64,000 nt of DNA from an uncultured Gemmatimonadales bacterium (GTDB taxonomy: Bacteria > Gemmatimonadota > Gemmatimonadetes > Gemmatimonadales > GWC2-71-9). The DNA lies in assembly GCA_963828735.1 (NCBI GenBank), contig CAWHFW010000004.1, positions 64,001-128,000 on the forward strand, read 5' to 3'. Positions 9,275 through 19,186 of the stretch are shown in pieces (the first letter of the stretch is position 1; the number at the start of each line of letters is the position of its first letter). The notes under the pieces were generated by a model. The model had not been told where the DNA came from and did no database searches. It saw nothing but the letters and a program-made list of their open reading frames with translations. The translations under genes and the position numbers were made by a program.

Positions 9275-9750
9275 CCGTGCCGGATATCCTCGTTTCGGCG
9301 TCCTCCATCGTGCCGGCGCCGGCGCCCATCGTGTACGGCATCATCGCCGATTACCACGAGGGCCACCCCGCCATCCTGCCGCGGCGGTATTTCGAAAGCC
9401 TCGAGGTCGAGACCGGTGGCCTCGGCGCCGGTACCCGCATCCGCTTCCGGATGCGCGCCTTCGGCGCGGTACGGAGCGTCCGGGCCGACGTCACCGAGCC
9501 GGTCCCGGGCCGCGAGCTGGTCGAGACCGACGTCGCGACGGGGATGGCCACCCGGTTTCTGGTCGAGCCGGTGAACGACGGGCGCGCGTCGCGCGTCACG
9601 TTCGAGACCCGCTGGCGCAAGCCCGGCCTCACGGGGTGGGTGGAACGCTGCCTCGCGCCGCCGTACCTGCGAGGCGTCTATCGCGCGGAGCTCGCGCTGC
9701 TCGACCAGGAGGCCCGGTCGCGCGTGCCGCATTCCGGACCCGGACGCTGA
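9271..9750 (+). CDS. SRPBCC/polyketide cyclase family protein
   Basis: YGIIADY..HP.ILP..F, GG.GAGT; start TTG 9271 or GTG 9277. Confidence 0.85.
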   Translation: MTVPDILVSASSIVPAPAPIVYGIIADYHEGHPAILPRRYFESLEVETGGLGAGTRIRFRMRAFGAVRSVRADVTEPVPGRELVETDVATGMATRFLVEPVNDGRASRVTFETRWRKPGLTGWVERCLAPPYLRGVYRAELALLDQEARSRVPHSGPGR

Positions 9751-9787
9751 TTACGCCGAGGAACGATCATACGCGGGAGGTGCGTCG

Positions 9788-10246
9788 ATGCTCCGACTCC
9801 TGACCATCCTGACCCTCGGTGCCACGACCGCGCTCGCCGCGCAGACGGCCGCGCCGGCCGCGAGCGACGCCCGCCGAGCCATCGACGCCGGCAACGCGCA
9901 GTACCGTGCCGCCTTCCTTGCCGGTGACGCCGACGCGCTCGCCCAGGTGTACGATGCCGAAGGGTCGCGGCTCAACGAGGGTGGCGCCGTGCTGCGGGGA
10001 CGCGCGGCGATCGCCGCCGACGTACGCGCCTTCATCCAGAAGGTCGGGCCGGTCCGGGTCGAGATTGGCACGGTCGAGGTCTGGCTGGTCGACGACACGG
10101 CCTACGAGACGGGCACCTGGTCCTACACCTTCCAGCCGAAAGGTCAGAAGGAGCAACGCATCGGCGGACGGTACGTGACCCTCTGGAAGCACCAGGCCGA
10201 CGGCGGCTGGAAGATCTGGGCCGACATCGGCGTGCCGGGCACCTGA
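9788..10246 (+). CDS. Secreted NTF2-like (DUF4440) protein
   Basis: signal peptide; GDADALAQVY, GRYVTLWK.Q.DG.WKI. Confidence 0.85.
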   Translation: MLRLLTILTLGATTALAAQTAAPAASDARRAIDAGNAQYRAAFLAGDADALAQVYDAEGSRLNEGGAVLRGRAAIAADVRAFIQKVGPVRVEIGTVEVWLVDDTAYETGTWSYTFQPKGQKEQRIGGRYVTLWKHQADGGWKIWADIGVPGT

Positions 10247-10256
10247 GCCGCGCGTC

Positions 10257-10724
10257 GTGCCCAGGCCCACGAAAACGACCGTGGCGACCATCGGCTACCA
10301 GGCCGCAACGGTCGAGTCGTTTCTCCGCGCGCTGGCGGACGCCAAGGTCCGACTGCTGGTGGACGTCCGCGCCGTCGCGAGCTCCCGCCGACCAGGCTTC
10401 AGCAAGTCTCGTCTGGCCGGCAACCTGGCCGACGTTGGCATCGGCTACGTCCACCTCCGTGGCTTGGGAACCCCCGCGGCGGGCCGGGCGGCGGCAAGGG
10501 CCGGCCGCCACGCGAGCATGCGGGCGATCTTCCGTCAGCATCTTCGAACCCTCGCCGCCCAGGCCGAGCTCGCGGAGCTCCGCGACCTCGTGACCGGCGG
10601 CCCGCGTGTCTGTCTCCTGTGTTTCGAAGCCGATCCCCAGCATTGCCATCGCACGCTCGTCGCGGCCGCCCTGGCCGAGCGGCTGCCGATCGAGGTCCTC
10701 CACCTCCGGCCGGCGGATGACTAG
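10257..10724 (+). CDS. DUF488 family protein
   Basis: TIGY, LVDVR, SRRPGFSK, CLLCFE.DP..CHR. Confidence 0.92.
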   Translation: MPRPTKTTVATIGYQAATVESFLRALADAKVRLLVDVRAVASSRRPGFSKSRLAGNLADVGIGYVHLRGLGTPAAGRAAARAGRHASMRAIFRQHLRTLAAQAELAELRDLVTGGPRVCLLCFEADPQHCHRTLVAAALAERLPIEVLHLRPADD

Positions 10725-10869
10725 CGTCGGCCGCCCTGGCGGGCCCTGACGCGCGCGCTACTTTCGAAGCTGCTCATGCCCGCCTGATCGCCACCCGAAC
10801 CACCCGAGGTGCCCGTGGCCCCCATGAGCCGTCTCATCGATCCCGTTACGGCCGGCGCGGGAGCGTGAG

Positions 10870-11271
10870 TTGAGATCGCTCGCGATCGCGTTCGCGCTCC
10901 TTGGCCTCCTCCTCGCCGTGCTGGCCGTGAACGAGTGGGGCGAGTCGTCCGAAGAGCCCGACACCGCAGAGCCGCCAAAGAGACCCGTTGTCGGCGGCCT
11001 CATCCTGTTCCTCGTGTGTGCCTTGTCCGTGGCTGTCCTGTGGCTGGGCGCGACCGACCTGGGCTGGCCGCACGAGCGCACGCTCTGGGTCGGTACGGGG
11101 ACCTTCCTGGCGGTGATGACCTTGGCCCGTCCCTGGTGGTTCTGGGAGGACTATCGCGCGCGCCGCCTTCGCGATCTCATCGGCGACGAACCGACCGCGG
11201 GTCTGTACCTTGTCATCGCCACGGTGCTGATCTGGGTGGGGCTATTCACCGAGTGGGCATTCGGGGGGTAG
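10870..11271 (+). CDS. Small membrane protein (weak Imm17-like C-terminus)
   Basis: four hydrophobic segments; PWWFWEDYRARRLRDLIG; start uncertain. Confidence 0.6.
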   Translation: MRSLAIAFALLGLLLAVLAVNEWGESSEEPDTAEPPKRPVVGGLILFLVCALSVAVLWLGATDLGWPHERTLWVGTGTFLAVMTLARPWWFWEDYRARRLRDLIGDEPTAGLYLVIATVLIWVGLFTEWAFGG

Positions 11272-11386
11272 ATGCTGGAGCGGTCCGCCCCGACCCGGCC
11301 GTCGAGCCGCACCGTATCCGCTTCGTGAACCGCCCCGCGATTCGCGGCGCCCGCGGCTGACGCGGATCCCATTCCCCGAGAGTCGC

Positions 11387-13120
11387 ATGGCCCTTCGCCG
11401 CTGCATCCTGCTCGCTTGCGTCGCATTGACCCCGGTCGGTCGCGCCGTCGGACAATCGGCCGCTTGGCCGCTCCACGGCCACGACCTGGGTGGGCAGCGC
11501 TACTCGCCGCTCGCCTCGATCGACACCGCCACCGTGGCGCGGCTTGCACCCAGGTGGACCTACCATAGCGGGGTGACGGCCACCTTCCAGGCGACGCCGA
11601 TCGTGGTGGGCGGCGTGATGTACGTGTCGCTCCCCATGAGCGGCGTGGTGGCGCTCGACGCCGCCACCGGGCACGAGCGCTGGCGCTACACCCACAAGTC
11701 ACGCACCGACAAGCTGTGCTGCGGGCCGGCCAACCGCGGAGTCGCCGTCTCGGGCGGACGCGTGTACGTCGGCACGGTGGACGGCCGGCTCGTGGCGCTC
11801 GACGCGAGGACGGGGGCAGTGGCCTGGGACGTGACGGTCGCCGAGTATCAGGGTACGACCGAGGTGGTGACCCAGCTCGGCGCCGACGACCCGCTGTCTC
11901 GCGTGAGCGCAAACGGCTCGACCGGCGTAGGGATCAGCGCAGCGCCCCTCGTGTACGATGGCAAGGTGTTCGTCGGGATCGCCGGCGTAGGCTACGGACT
12001 CCATCCCGATCAGGGACTCGCCGTGGTCGGCGTGACGGGGCAGTACGGCCGGCCCGGCATGATGGCGGCGTTCGACGTGCGGACCGGCCGGGTCGTGTGG
12101 CGATGGAACGTCACGGGTCCCGGCTGGGAGGGCGCCTTTCGCACCTCCACGCCGGACGGCGAGCCGCTGCCGCGGGACGTTGCGGCGGAGCGCGCGACCT
12201 CCCCCGCGCGGGCCGACGCCTGGCGCTATGGCGGCGGCTCCATCTACGCTACGCCGGTGGTGGATGCCGGCCGGCATCTTCTGATCTTCGGCACCGGCAA
12301 TCCATCCCCGCAGATGACCGACGGGTCACGCCCCGGCGACAACCTGTACACCTCCTCGCTCGTCGCCCTCGACGTCCGGACCGGCAAGCTGGTCTGGTAC
12401 TACCAGCAGGTGCCGCACGACCGATGGGGCTATGACGTCGCCAGCGCCCCGGTGCTTCTCGACGTGACGCACGGCGGCAAGGTGGTGCCCGCGGTCGCTC
12501 AGGCCAGCAAGACCGGCTGGGTATTCGTGCACGACCGGCGGGATGGGCATCTGCTTTTCCGCTCCCAGCCGTTCGTGCCGCAGCGCAACCTGTTCACGGC
12601 TCCGGCGCCGGGCGATGGCGTCGTCATCGCGCCGGGCATTGCGGGCGGCGCCAATTGGTCGCCCTCGGCGTACGATCCCGTTCGCCATCTGTTCTTCGTC
12701 GGTGCGCTTCACCTGCCGACGCGGTACATCGCCCACGAGGCTCGGCGAGCGGACGGGAGCGTCCTCGATTACGCCAGCACGCAGAGCACCGATGAGGCCT
12801 GGGGTACGCTCACGGCGCTCGACCTGGGTGCGGTCGGGCGAGAGCGCTGGCAAGTTCGCACCGAGGAGCCCCTGGTCGGCGGCGTGCTCGCCACGGCTGG
12901 CGGGCTCGTCTTCTCGGGCGCCGGCAAGGGCAGGTTCGCCGCCTTCGACGCCGCGAGCGGACGCGAGCTCTGGACCTATCACTGCGACGCCGGAGTGAAT
13001 GCGCCCCCCGTGACCTACGAGATCGGGACGCGGCAGTACGTCGCCGTCGCCGTCGGTGGCAACGCCCTCTTCGGGTTCACCCAGGGCGACATGGTGATGG
13101 CCTTCGCGCTCCCGGAGTGA
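11387..13120 (+). CDS. PQQ-dependent beta-propeller dehydrogenase with atypical active site
   Basis: signal peptide, QRYSPL, QATP, vicinal CC, GTGNP, Trp-docking repeats. Confidence 0.9.
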   Translation: MALRRCILLACVALTPVGRAVGQSAAWPLHGHDLGGQRYSPLASIDTATVARLAPRWTYHSGVTATFQATPIVVGGVMYVSLPMSGVVALDAATGHERWRYTHKSRTDKLCCGPANRGVAVSGGRVYVGTVDGRLVALDARTGAVAWDVTVAEYQGTTEVVTQLGADDPLSRVSANGSTGVGISAAPLVYDGKVFVGIAGVGYGLHPDQGLAVVGVTGQYGRPGMMAAFDVRTGRVVWRWNVTGPGWEGAFRTSTPDGEPLPRDVAAERATSPARADAWRYGGGSIYATPVVDAGRHLLIFGTGNPSPQMTDGSRPGDNLYTSSLVALDVRTGKLVWYYQQVPHDRWGYDVASAPVLLDVTHGGKVVPAVAQASKTGWVFVHDRRDGHLLFRSQPFVPQRNLFTAPAPGDGVVIAPGIAGGANWSPSAYDPVRHLFFVGALHLPTRYIAHEARRADGSVLDYASTQSTDEAWGTLTALDLGAVGRERWQVRTEEPLVGGVLATAGGLVFSGAGKGRFAAFDAASGRELWTYHCDAGVNAPPVTYEIGTRQYVAVAVGGNALFGFTQGDMVMAFALPE

Positions 13121-13253
13121 CACGAGGCCTCAGTCCTGCTGGCCGGCTGGCGCGCGTCGCGACGTGAATGTGACGACGCGAATGGCGGACATCCGTGCGC
13201 TCGACGGTTACTTTCGAGAAGCCGGCGGCCAGGGGAGTTGAACGGAGGCGAGC

Positions 13254-13679
13254 ATGACGACTACCACGAGCGATGTGAGCGGCCAACCGAAGGGCTTCAC
13301 CCGCCCGGATCGCATCGGACAGGTCGCGATTCCCGTCGCCGACGTGGATCGCGCCGTCGCGTGGTACGCCGACGTGCTCGGCTTGCGCCTGCTTTTCCGC
13401 GCTCCCCCCGGACTGGCCTTCTTCGACTGCGGTGGCCTCAGGGTGATGTTGAGCCGTCCGGAAGGCGATGGCGCGCCTGTGAGCACCGGCGTCCTCTACT
13501 ACGTCGTCGCCGATATCGCATCCGCCCATGCGACCCTGGCCGCGCGCGGCGCGACCTTCGTCGACGCGCCGCACCTCGTCGCCCGCCTCCCGGACCACGA
13601 TCTCTGGATGGCGTTCTGCCACGATTCCGAGGGGAACATGCTCGCTCTGATGAGCGAGATCCGCCCGCCCGCCTCATGA
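13254..13679 (+). CDS. VOC/glyoxalase family protein
   Basis: IGQVAIPV.D, LAFFDCGG, DSEGN. Confidence 0.9.
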   Translation: MTTTTSDVSGQPKGFTRPDRIGQVAIPVADVDRAVAWYADVLGLRLLFRAPPGLAFFDCGGLRVMLSRPEGDGAPVSTGVLYYVVADIASAHATLAARGATFVDAPHLVARLPDHDLWMAFCHDSEGNMLALMSEIRPPAS

Positions 13680-14413
13680 CTCTGGCTTCCACGCTCCGCT
13701 CGCTGGACGGACGGCGCCTGCGCGACGAGGACGGCAAGGAGCATGTGCTCGAGCTCCTGCCGCCGGCCGACGAGGGCGACCTCGCGCGTCTCACCGCCGG
13801 GCTGCCCGGGAAGCTACCCGACGATGTTCGCGAGGCGCTCCTGGTATCGAAGGGACTCGCCGGGGGCCCGCTGGAATCGTTCTCGCTGCTGGACCTCGAA
13901 GGATTCGGTCTCGATGAGGTCTTCCCGCACGCCTATTCCATCGCGCACGACGGCTTCGGAAATTTCTGGGTGCTGGATCTCCTGCCGGACACTGTCTCGT
14001 GGGGACCCGTGTTCTACGCTTGTCACGACCCGCCGGTGATCGCCTGGCAGGCCGAGACCATCGAACGCTTCCTGCTGGACGTGGTCGGCATGTGGGAACC
14101 GGGCACCAGGAGCCCCGTGCGTCAAATGCACGACGAGGCCGTCCATCGCATCTGGCGTGCGGAAGCCGATCTGCGCCAGGTTAGCGACGCGATCGCGTCG
14201 AAGGATCCGGTCCTCGCCGAGTTCGCCGCGGCGCTGCCCGCGACGGCGCTGATCGCGGACTTGCGACACGCCACCGCCGGCGAGGGCTTCGCGTGGGGCC
14301 GCTTCGGCCCTCGCACCGAGATTCGCCGGGCCGGCCGTGAGCACCTGTGGGCTGTGATCCCGCCCGAGCGAAAGCCCGGACTCCTGCAGCGGCTGTTCGG
14401 AGGGGCGAGGTGA
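13676..14413 (+). CDS. SMI1/KNR4 family protein
   Basis: LPDDVRE, IAHDGFGNFWVLD, CHDPP. Confidence 0.75.
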   Translation: MTLASTLRSLDGRRLRDEDGKEHVLELLPPADEGDLARLTAGLPGKLPDDVREALLVSKGLAGGPLESFSLLDLEGFGLDEVFPHAYSIAHDGFGNFWVLDLLPDTVSWGPVFYACHDPPVIAWQAETIERFLLDVVGMWEPGTRSPVRQMHDEAVHRIWRAEADLRQVSDAIASKDPVLAEFAAALPATALIADLRHATAGEGFAWGRFGPRTEIRRAGREHLWAVIPPERKPGLLQRLFGGAR

Positions 14414-14796
14414 CCCGGGCGACCGGACTGACGCGGCTGCGGCGGGCGTGCTTGGCGCTGCCCGAGGCCCACGAGGTCGAGGCCTGGGGAGAGCCGACCT
14501 TTCGGGTTCGCAACAAGCTGTTCGCGATGTACGCCGGCGCGGCGACCCATCATGGCAACGGTCGCGCGGCGGTGTGGTGCAAGGCCACGCCGGGGAATCA
14601 GCAGCTGATGGTGGCGGCGGTGCCGGAGCGCTTCTTCGTGCCGCCCTACGTGGGGCCCAGCGGTTGGGTAGGCGTCTGGCTCGATGCCCGCACCGATTGG
14701 ACCGAGCTGGCCGGGCTCCTGGCCGACGGGTGGCGACTCGTGGCGCCCAGGCGCCTTGCTGCCCAATTCGAGGAAGACCGAGGAGGAGCAGGATGA
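14410..14796 (+). CDS. MmcQ/YjbR family protein
   Basis: CLALPEA, WGEPTFRV..KLFA, FF.PPY.G..GW. Confidence 0.9.
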   Translation: MTRATGLTRLRRACLALPEAHEVEAWGEPTFRVRNKLFAMYAGAATHHGNGRAAVWCKATPGNQQLMVAAVPERFFVPPYVGPSGWVGVWLDARTDWTELAGLLADGWRLVAPRRLAAQFEEDRGGAG

Positions 14797-15188
14797 GCGC
14801 ACGCGTGGTCGGCATCGGCGGCATCTTCTTCAAGGCGCGCGATCCCGAGCGCCTGCGCGCGTGGTATCGCGAGCACCTCGGCCTCGACATCGGTGAGTGG
14901 GGCGGTGTGATCTTCGACGGCCACGTCGCGAGCGCGGGAGGTCGGCGCGCCGGAACGGTGTGGAGCGTCTTTCCCGAGGACACCGAGTACTTCCGTCCGA
15001 GCACCGCCCCGTTCATGATCAATTATCGAGTGGAAAGCCTGGACGAGGTCCTTGCCGCGCTGCGCGCCGAGGGATGTGCGGTGGACGATCGGGTCGAGAG
15101 CTCGGCGTTCGGGCGGTTCGGATGGGTGTCGGATCCCGAGGGCAACCGACTCGAGCTGTGGGAGCCGCCCGTCCTCGAGGAGAAGTGA
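14793..15188 (+). CDS. VOC/glyoxalase family protein
   Basis: GIGGIFFK, MINYRV, DPEGNRLELWEP. Confidence 0.92.
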   Translation: MSARVVGIGGIFFKARDPERLRAWYREHLGLDIGEWGGVIFDGHVASAGGRRAGTVWSVFPEDTEYFRPSTAPFMINYRVESLDEVLAALRAEGCAVDDRVESSAFGRFGWVSDPEGNRLELWEPPVLEEK

Positions 15189-15244
15189 ACGGCGGCCCGT
15201 TCCGCGACCTCGTCGGGGCGATCATCGATCGGGAGGCTTACCGA

Positions 15245-15820
15245 ATGGTCCGCGTGAACCGCGCAGTCGCGATGGCCGCTGGTCTGCTGCTCGCCACTGC
15301 GTGCGGCGGCGAGCACCGTCCCGCCCCGGTTGGCGGCGACTCGACGCCGTCCTCGACGCCGTCCGCCGCGCCCTCTCCGTCAGCCTCGTCCCCGCGGGCT
15401 CCGTTGCGAGACCCAGTCCAGCTCTCGGTGACGGCAGCGGCCGGCGGGAAGACTGCCTCCTTCAGCGGACTCGGCGAGTGCCATCACACGACCGATGCAT
15501 CCATCTACGACGTTCCTGCGAACATGTGGAGCTCCGCGATCGATACGGAGGGTGGAGATCTGCGGTACCTGAACCTCACGCTGTGGCAGCCCAAGGCGGG
15601 AGGGGACGTCCAGGTCTCCCTCGGTGTTACTCTGGGAGAGACGACGCATCAGATCGCGACCGTCAAGGGCGCCGACATCCGCGGCTCCGGCGCGGGTCGC
15701 GTGGCGCCGAAAGGGCAGGGCGGGACCCTCACGGTCGAGGGCTCGGACGCCGAGGGGCGGCCGGTGCGCGTCGTCGTCGATTGTACCACCTTCACCGAGC
15801 CGGTGGCCGAGGGCGGGTGA
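15245..15820 (+). CDS. Hypothetical lipoprotein
   Basis: LATAC lipobox; Ser/Pro-rich linker; in-frame GTG at 15185 also possible. Confidence 0.65.
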   Translation: MVRVNRAVAMAAGLLLATACGGEHRPAPVGGDSTPSSTPSAAPSPSASSPRAPLRDPVQLSVTAAAGGKTASFSGLGECHHTTDASIYDVPANMWSSAIDTEGGDLRYLNLTLWQPKAGGDVQVSLGVTLGETTHQIATVKGADIRGSGAGRVAPKGQGGTLTVEGSDAEGRPVRVVVDCTTFTEPVAEGG

Positions 15821-16401
15821 TCGCGGGCGAGACGGTCCACCCGAAGACCCGCACCGCCTGGCGCCGCTGGCTCGAGCGGCACCATGCGCGGGCCGACGGA
15901 GTGTGGCTCGTGAGCTACAAGAAGGCCACCGGCAAGCCGCGGGTGGATTACGAAGCGGCCGTCGAGGAGGCGCTCTGCTTCGGTTGGGTGGACAGCAAGC
16001 CGCGCAAGCTCGACGACGAGCGAACGATGTTGTACTTCACTCCGCGGAAGCCGCGTAGCGGGTGGGCGGGGTCCAACAAGGCGCGGGTCGCGCGGCTGGT
16101 TGCCGAGGGCCGCATGGCCCCCGCGGGCCTGGCGAAGGTCGAGGCCGCCCGCCACGACGGCTCGTGGACCGCGCTGGACGCGGTCGAGGCGCTCGACGTG
16201 CCACCCGATCTGCGGCGGGCGCTCGACGGCCGGGCACGGGCTGCGTCCCGTTTCGATGCGTTCCCTCCGTCGGTGCGTCGGAGCATTCTGCAGTGGATCG
16301 CGAGCGCGAAGAAACCCGAGACGCGCGCGAACCGGATCGACGAGACCGCCCGCCTTGCGGCCCGAAACGTTCGCGCCAACCAGTGGCAGCCTTCACCTTG
16401 A
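15817..16401 (+). CDS. YdeI/OmpD-associated family protein
   Basis: WRRWL..HH, EALCFGWVDS, PR.PRS.W, AKKPETR. Confidence 0.92.
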   Translation: MIAGETVHPKTRTAWRRWLERHHARADGVWLVSYKKATGKPRVDYEAAVEEALCFGWVDSKPRKLDDERTMLYFTPRKPRSGWAGSNKARVARLVAEGRMAPAGLAKVEAARHDGSWTALDAVEALDVPPDLRRALDGRARAASRFDAFPPSVRRSILQWIASAKKPETRANRIDETARLAARNVRANQWQPSP

Positions 16402-16420
16402 CCGGAGTTCCGAGGCGAGC

Positions 16421-16732
16421 ATGACCCTTCCAGATCCCACTCCCGGGCCGATGCCTGTCGCTGTGCCCGGCGATCCGTTCACCCGCCTCGCCCGACTGAA
16501 GCCCGAGTTCGCCGACCAGTACCCTGGACTCGACCCCGGGGCCTGGTATCCTGCCGCGAGCGTTGCGGCCTACTACCAGTCGTGGCTCGTCCGCCATCCG
16601 GATCGTACTCGGATCGGCGCGCCGCTCCGCGGACTGGACACGGCGCACTTCGATTTCCGGGGCGGCGTGCCGCGGGACGACCCCTGGGTCCCCGGCCGCT
16701 CGCCGGACGATCGGCGCCAGGCGGAGTCCTGA
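16421..16732 (+). CDS. Hypothetical protein
   Basis: RBS plus ATG; fills gap between genes. Confidence 0.6.
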   Translation: MTLPDPTPGPMPVAVPGDPFTRLARLKPEFADQYPGLDPGAWYPAASVAAYYQSWLVRHPDRTRIGAPLRGLDTAHFDFRGGVPRDDPWVPGRSPDDRRQAES

Positions 16733-16744
16733 CCGGAGACGCTG

Positions 16745-17122
16745 ATGACGGAAGCCGAAGCGCAGGACTTCGCGCACGAGTGGATTGCGGCCTGGAACAG
16801 CCACGACCTCGAACGGATACTCGGACACTATGCGGATGACGTCGAGGTGACGTCGCCGATGGTCGAGGCTGTGCTCGGACCGGGGAAGACGACCGTTCGG
16901 GGGAAGGCGGCGCTGCGCGGCTACTGGGGCAAGGCACTCGAGCGATACCCCGACCTCCGCTTCGTGCTCTACCGCGCGTACGCCGGCTTGCAGAGCGTGG
17001 TCCTTCACTACCAGAGCGTCCAGGCGCTGGTCGGCGCCGAATGTATGGAGCTCGATGCCGACGGACGCGTGCGGCGCGTCCTCGCGCACTATGCCCTTGG
17101 CCCCGATCCCGCCGCGGCCTGA
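16745..17122 (+). CDS. SnoaL/NTF2 family protein
   Basis: FAHEWIAAWNSHDLERILGHY. Confidence 0.9.
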   Translation: MTEAEAQDFAHEWIAAWNSHDLERILGHYADDVEVTSPMVEAVLGPGKTTVRGKAALRGYWGKALERYPDLRFVLYRAYAGLQSVVLHYQSVQALVGAECMELDADGRVRRVLAHYALGPDPAAA

Positions 17123-17786
17123 GCTCGTCGTCCTCGATTTGGCCGGCACCACCGTGCACGACCGGGGCGAGGTGCCGGCCGCATTCGAGGGTGCCCTGCG
17201 CGAGGCCGGCGTGGCCTACGACGCCCGCGAGGTGAGCGGCTGGAGGGGCGCGTCAAAGCGGGAAGTGGTCAGCCGGCTGCTCTCGCGTGAGGGCCGCGCG
17301 GATGCGGTCCAGGTGGATCGCGTCTACGGCCGGTTCCGCACGCTCCTGCTGGAGCGGCTGACCGGTGCGGCCCCACTCTCGCTGCCCGGCGTCCACGCGA
17401 CGCTCGACAGTCTCAAGGCCGACGGCTTCCGCCTCGCGGTCATCACTGGGTTCGATCGAGACGTCGTGGAGGCGATCCGTGCCCGGGTCAGCTGGGCGGC
17501 CCTGCTCGATGCCTGGGTATGCGGGGACGACGTGACCCGCGGACGCCCGGCGCCGTTCATGATCTTTCGGGCCATGGAGCGCTGCGGCGTGGAAGACGTC
17601 CGTCGAGTGGCCGTGGTTGGTGATACCCGCCTCGATCTCCAAGCGGCCTGGAACGCGGGCGCGACGTGGCGCATCGCCGTGCTGACCGGCGCGCACGACC
17701 GCGCCACCCTCGCGGGAGCGCCGCACACTCACGTCCTCGACGCGGTCACGGCGCTGCCCGGGCTCTGGGCTCAGGTCGAGGTGTGA
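17091..17786 (+). CDS. HAD hydrolase, phosphonatase-like
   Basis: LDLAGTTV, GRPAP.MI, VGDT..D. Confidence 0.88.
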   Translation: MPLAPIPPRPELVVLDLAGTTVHDRGEVPAAFEGALREAGVAYDAREVSGWRGASKREVVSRLLSREGRADAVQVDRVYGRFRTLLLERLTGAAPLSLPGVHATLDSLKADGFRLAVITGFDRDVVEAIRARVSWAALLDAWVCGDDVTRGRPAPFMIFRAMERCGVEDVRRVAVVGDTRLDLQAAWNAGATWRIAVLTGAHDRATLAGAPHTHVLDAVTALPGLWAQVEV

Positions 17787-18277
17787 ACGGAAACGGTCGG
17801 CGGCGTGCGAAGCGTCTGCAACACCACGCAGTAACGCTCGGTGAGCTTCTCAAGCGTGGCCAGCTGCTCGGCGCTGGCCTCCGTTTCGAGCGCGAAGCGC
17901 AGTCGGATGGCGCGGAATCCCACCGGTGCGTCCTTGCTCACGCCCAGCGTCCCCCGGAAATCGAGATCGCCCTCCGCGCGCACCTCGCCGCCCCGCACCG
18001 GGATGGCCAGCGCCGTAGCGACGGCTCGGAGCGTCACGCCCGCGCACGCGACCAGCGCCTGCAGCAACAGGTCGCCGGAACAGGCCTGGAGTCCGCTGCC
18101 GCCGGTCGCCGGATGGAGACCCGCCTCGACGAGGGCGCGACCGGTGTCCACGTGGCAGCTGATCGCGTGCTGGTCGAGGGCCCCCGACGCCTTGAGGGTG
18201 ACCATCGCGCGGTCGGGCGAGGTACGGTAGGCTTCTTTCAGCGGGGCTTGCAGGGCTTTCAGCTCATCGGACTGCAC
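17771..18277 (-). CDS. OsmC family protein
   Basis: AGLHPATGG, ALVACAGVT, LDFRGTLG, ERYCVV. Confidence 0.9.
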   Translation of the reverse strand: MQSDELKALQAPLKEAYRTSPDRAMVTLKASGALDQHAISCHVDTGRALVEAGLHPATGGSGLQACSGDLLLQALVACAGVTLRAVATALAIPVRGGEVRAEGDLDFRGTLGVSKDAPVGFRAIRLRFALETEASAEQLATLEKLTERYCVVLQTLRTPPTVSVHTST

Positions 18278-18349
18278 GTCGTACTCCGTCGGCGGGTGGA
18301 CCCGAAGGCTAGACCTGCCCGCGACAAACGCCAAGACCGCGGAGGACGC

Positions 18350-18889
18350 ATGCAATTCGTTCTGGCGGAAGCGCTCGCGGTCCTCGAGCGCACGCCCAAG
18401 GTGCTGCGGGAGCTCCTCGCCGGGCTTCCCGAGCCGTGGATCCACGCCACGGAGGGGCCGGGCACGTGGTCGCCGTTCGACGTCGTCGGTCACCTGATCC
18501 ACGGCGAGCTGACCGACTGGATCCCACGCACCGAGATCATCCTTGCCGACGGGGAGACCCGTCCCTTTCCGCCGTTCGACCGCTTCGCCCAGTTCGAAGC
18601 CTCGCGCGGCAAGGCGCTTTCCGAGCTGCTCGAGACCTTCGCCGGGCTCCGCGCGGCGAGCCTCGCGCGGCTGCGGGCGCTCCGCCTGACGTCGTCGGAC
18701 CTGGCCCGTCGTGGCCGCCACCCGGAGCTCGGAGCAGTCACGCTCGAACAGCTTCTCGCTACCTGGGTGGCCCACGATCTCAGTCATCTGGGACAGGTGG
18801 CGCGCGTCATGGGAAAGGCGTACTCGGCCGAGGTCGGGCCCTGGGCGGCCTTCCTCCCGATGCTCGGTGTCGGAGTGGCGCCATCCTGA
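18350..18889 (+). CDS. DinB family protein
   Basis: WSPFDVVGHL, HPELG.VT, HDLSHLGQ. Confidence 0.9.
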   Translation: MQFVLAEALAVLERTPKVLRELLAGLPEPWIHATEGPGTWSPFDVVGHLIHGELTDWIPRTEIILADGETRPFPPFDRFAQFEASRGKALSELLETFAGLRAASLARLRALRLTSSDLARRGRHPELGAVTLEQLLATWVAHDLSHLGQVARVMGKAYSAEVGPWAAFLPMLGVGVAPS

Positions 18890-19127
18890 GCGGGGAGGCC
18901 GCCTGCTGGCGTGGCTCCGGTACGGCGTGGCGCTGGTGGCCGGGTTCATCGCCGGGAGCCGGACGGTCGGAGCCTTCGTGGCGTGGCGAGAGTGGCAGAA
19001 GTGGAAGCTGGTGGATCCGTCGGGGGCGGCGTCATATCGAGCCGCGTGCCGCCTCGATGCCGGCGTTGCGATCATCAGTCTGACGATCGCGTGCCTCGTC
19101 TGGTGGCTCCTGCGTCCGCGACCCTGA
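18867..19127 (+). CDS. Small membrane protein
   Basis: two hydrophobic segments; start uncertain. Confidence 0.5.
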   Translation: MSEWRHPERGGRLLAWLRYGVALVAGFIAGSRTVGAFVAWREWQKWKLVDPSGAASYRAACRLDAGVAIISLTIACLVWWLLRPRP

Positions 19128-19186
19128 GCCGGACTTCCGTCGTCTCTGAGGACCGGCGCCCGTTCACCTGTGTAGAGGAGACGACC

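Noticed and set aside
10717..10873. Micro-ORF chain, or a frameshifted start at 10824 for the membrane gene
   Set aside because: The chain needs CTG starts, which arise at any CTGA, and the frameshift has no homology support.
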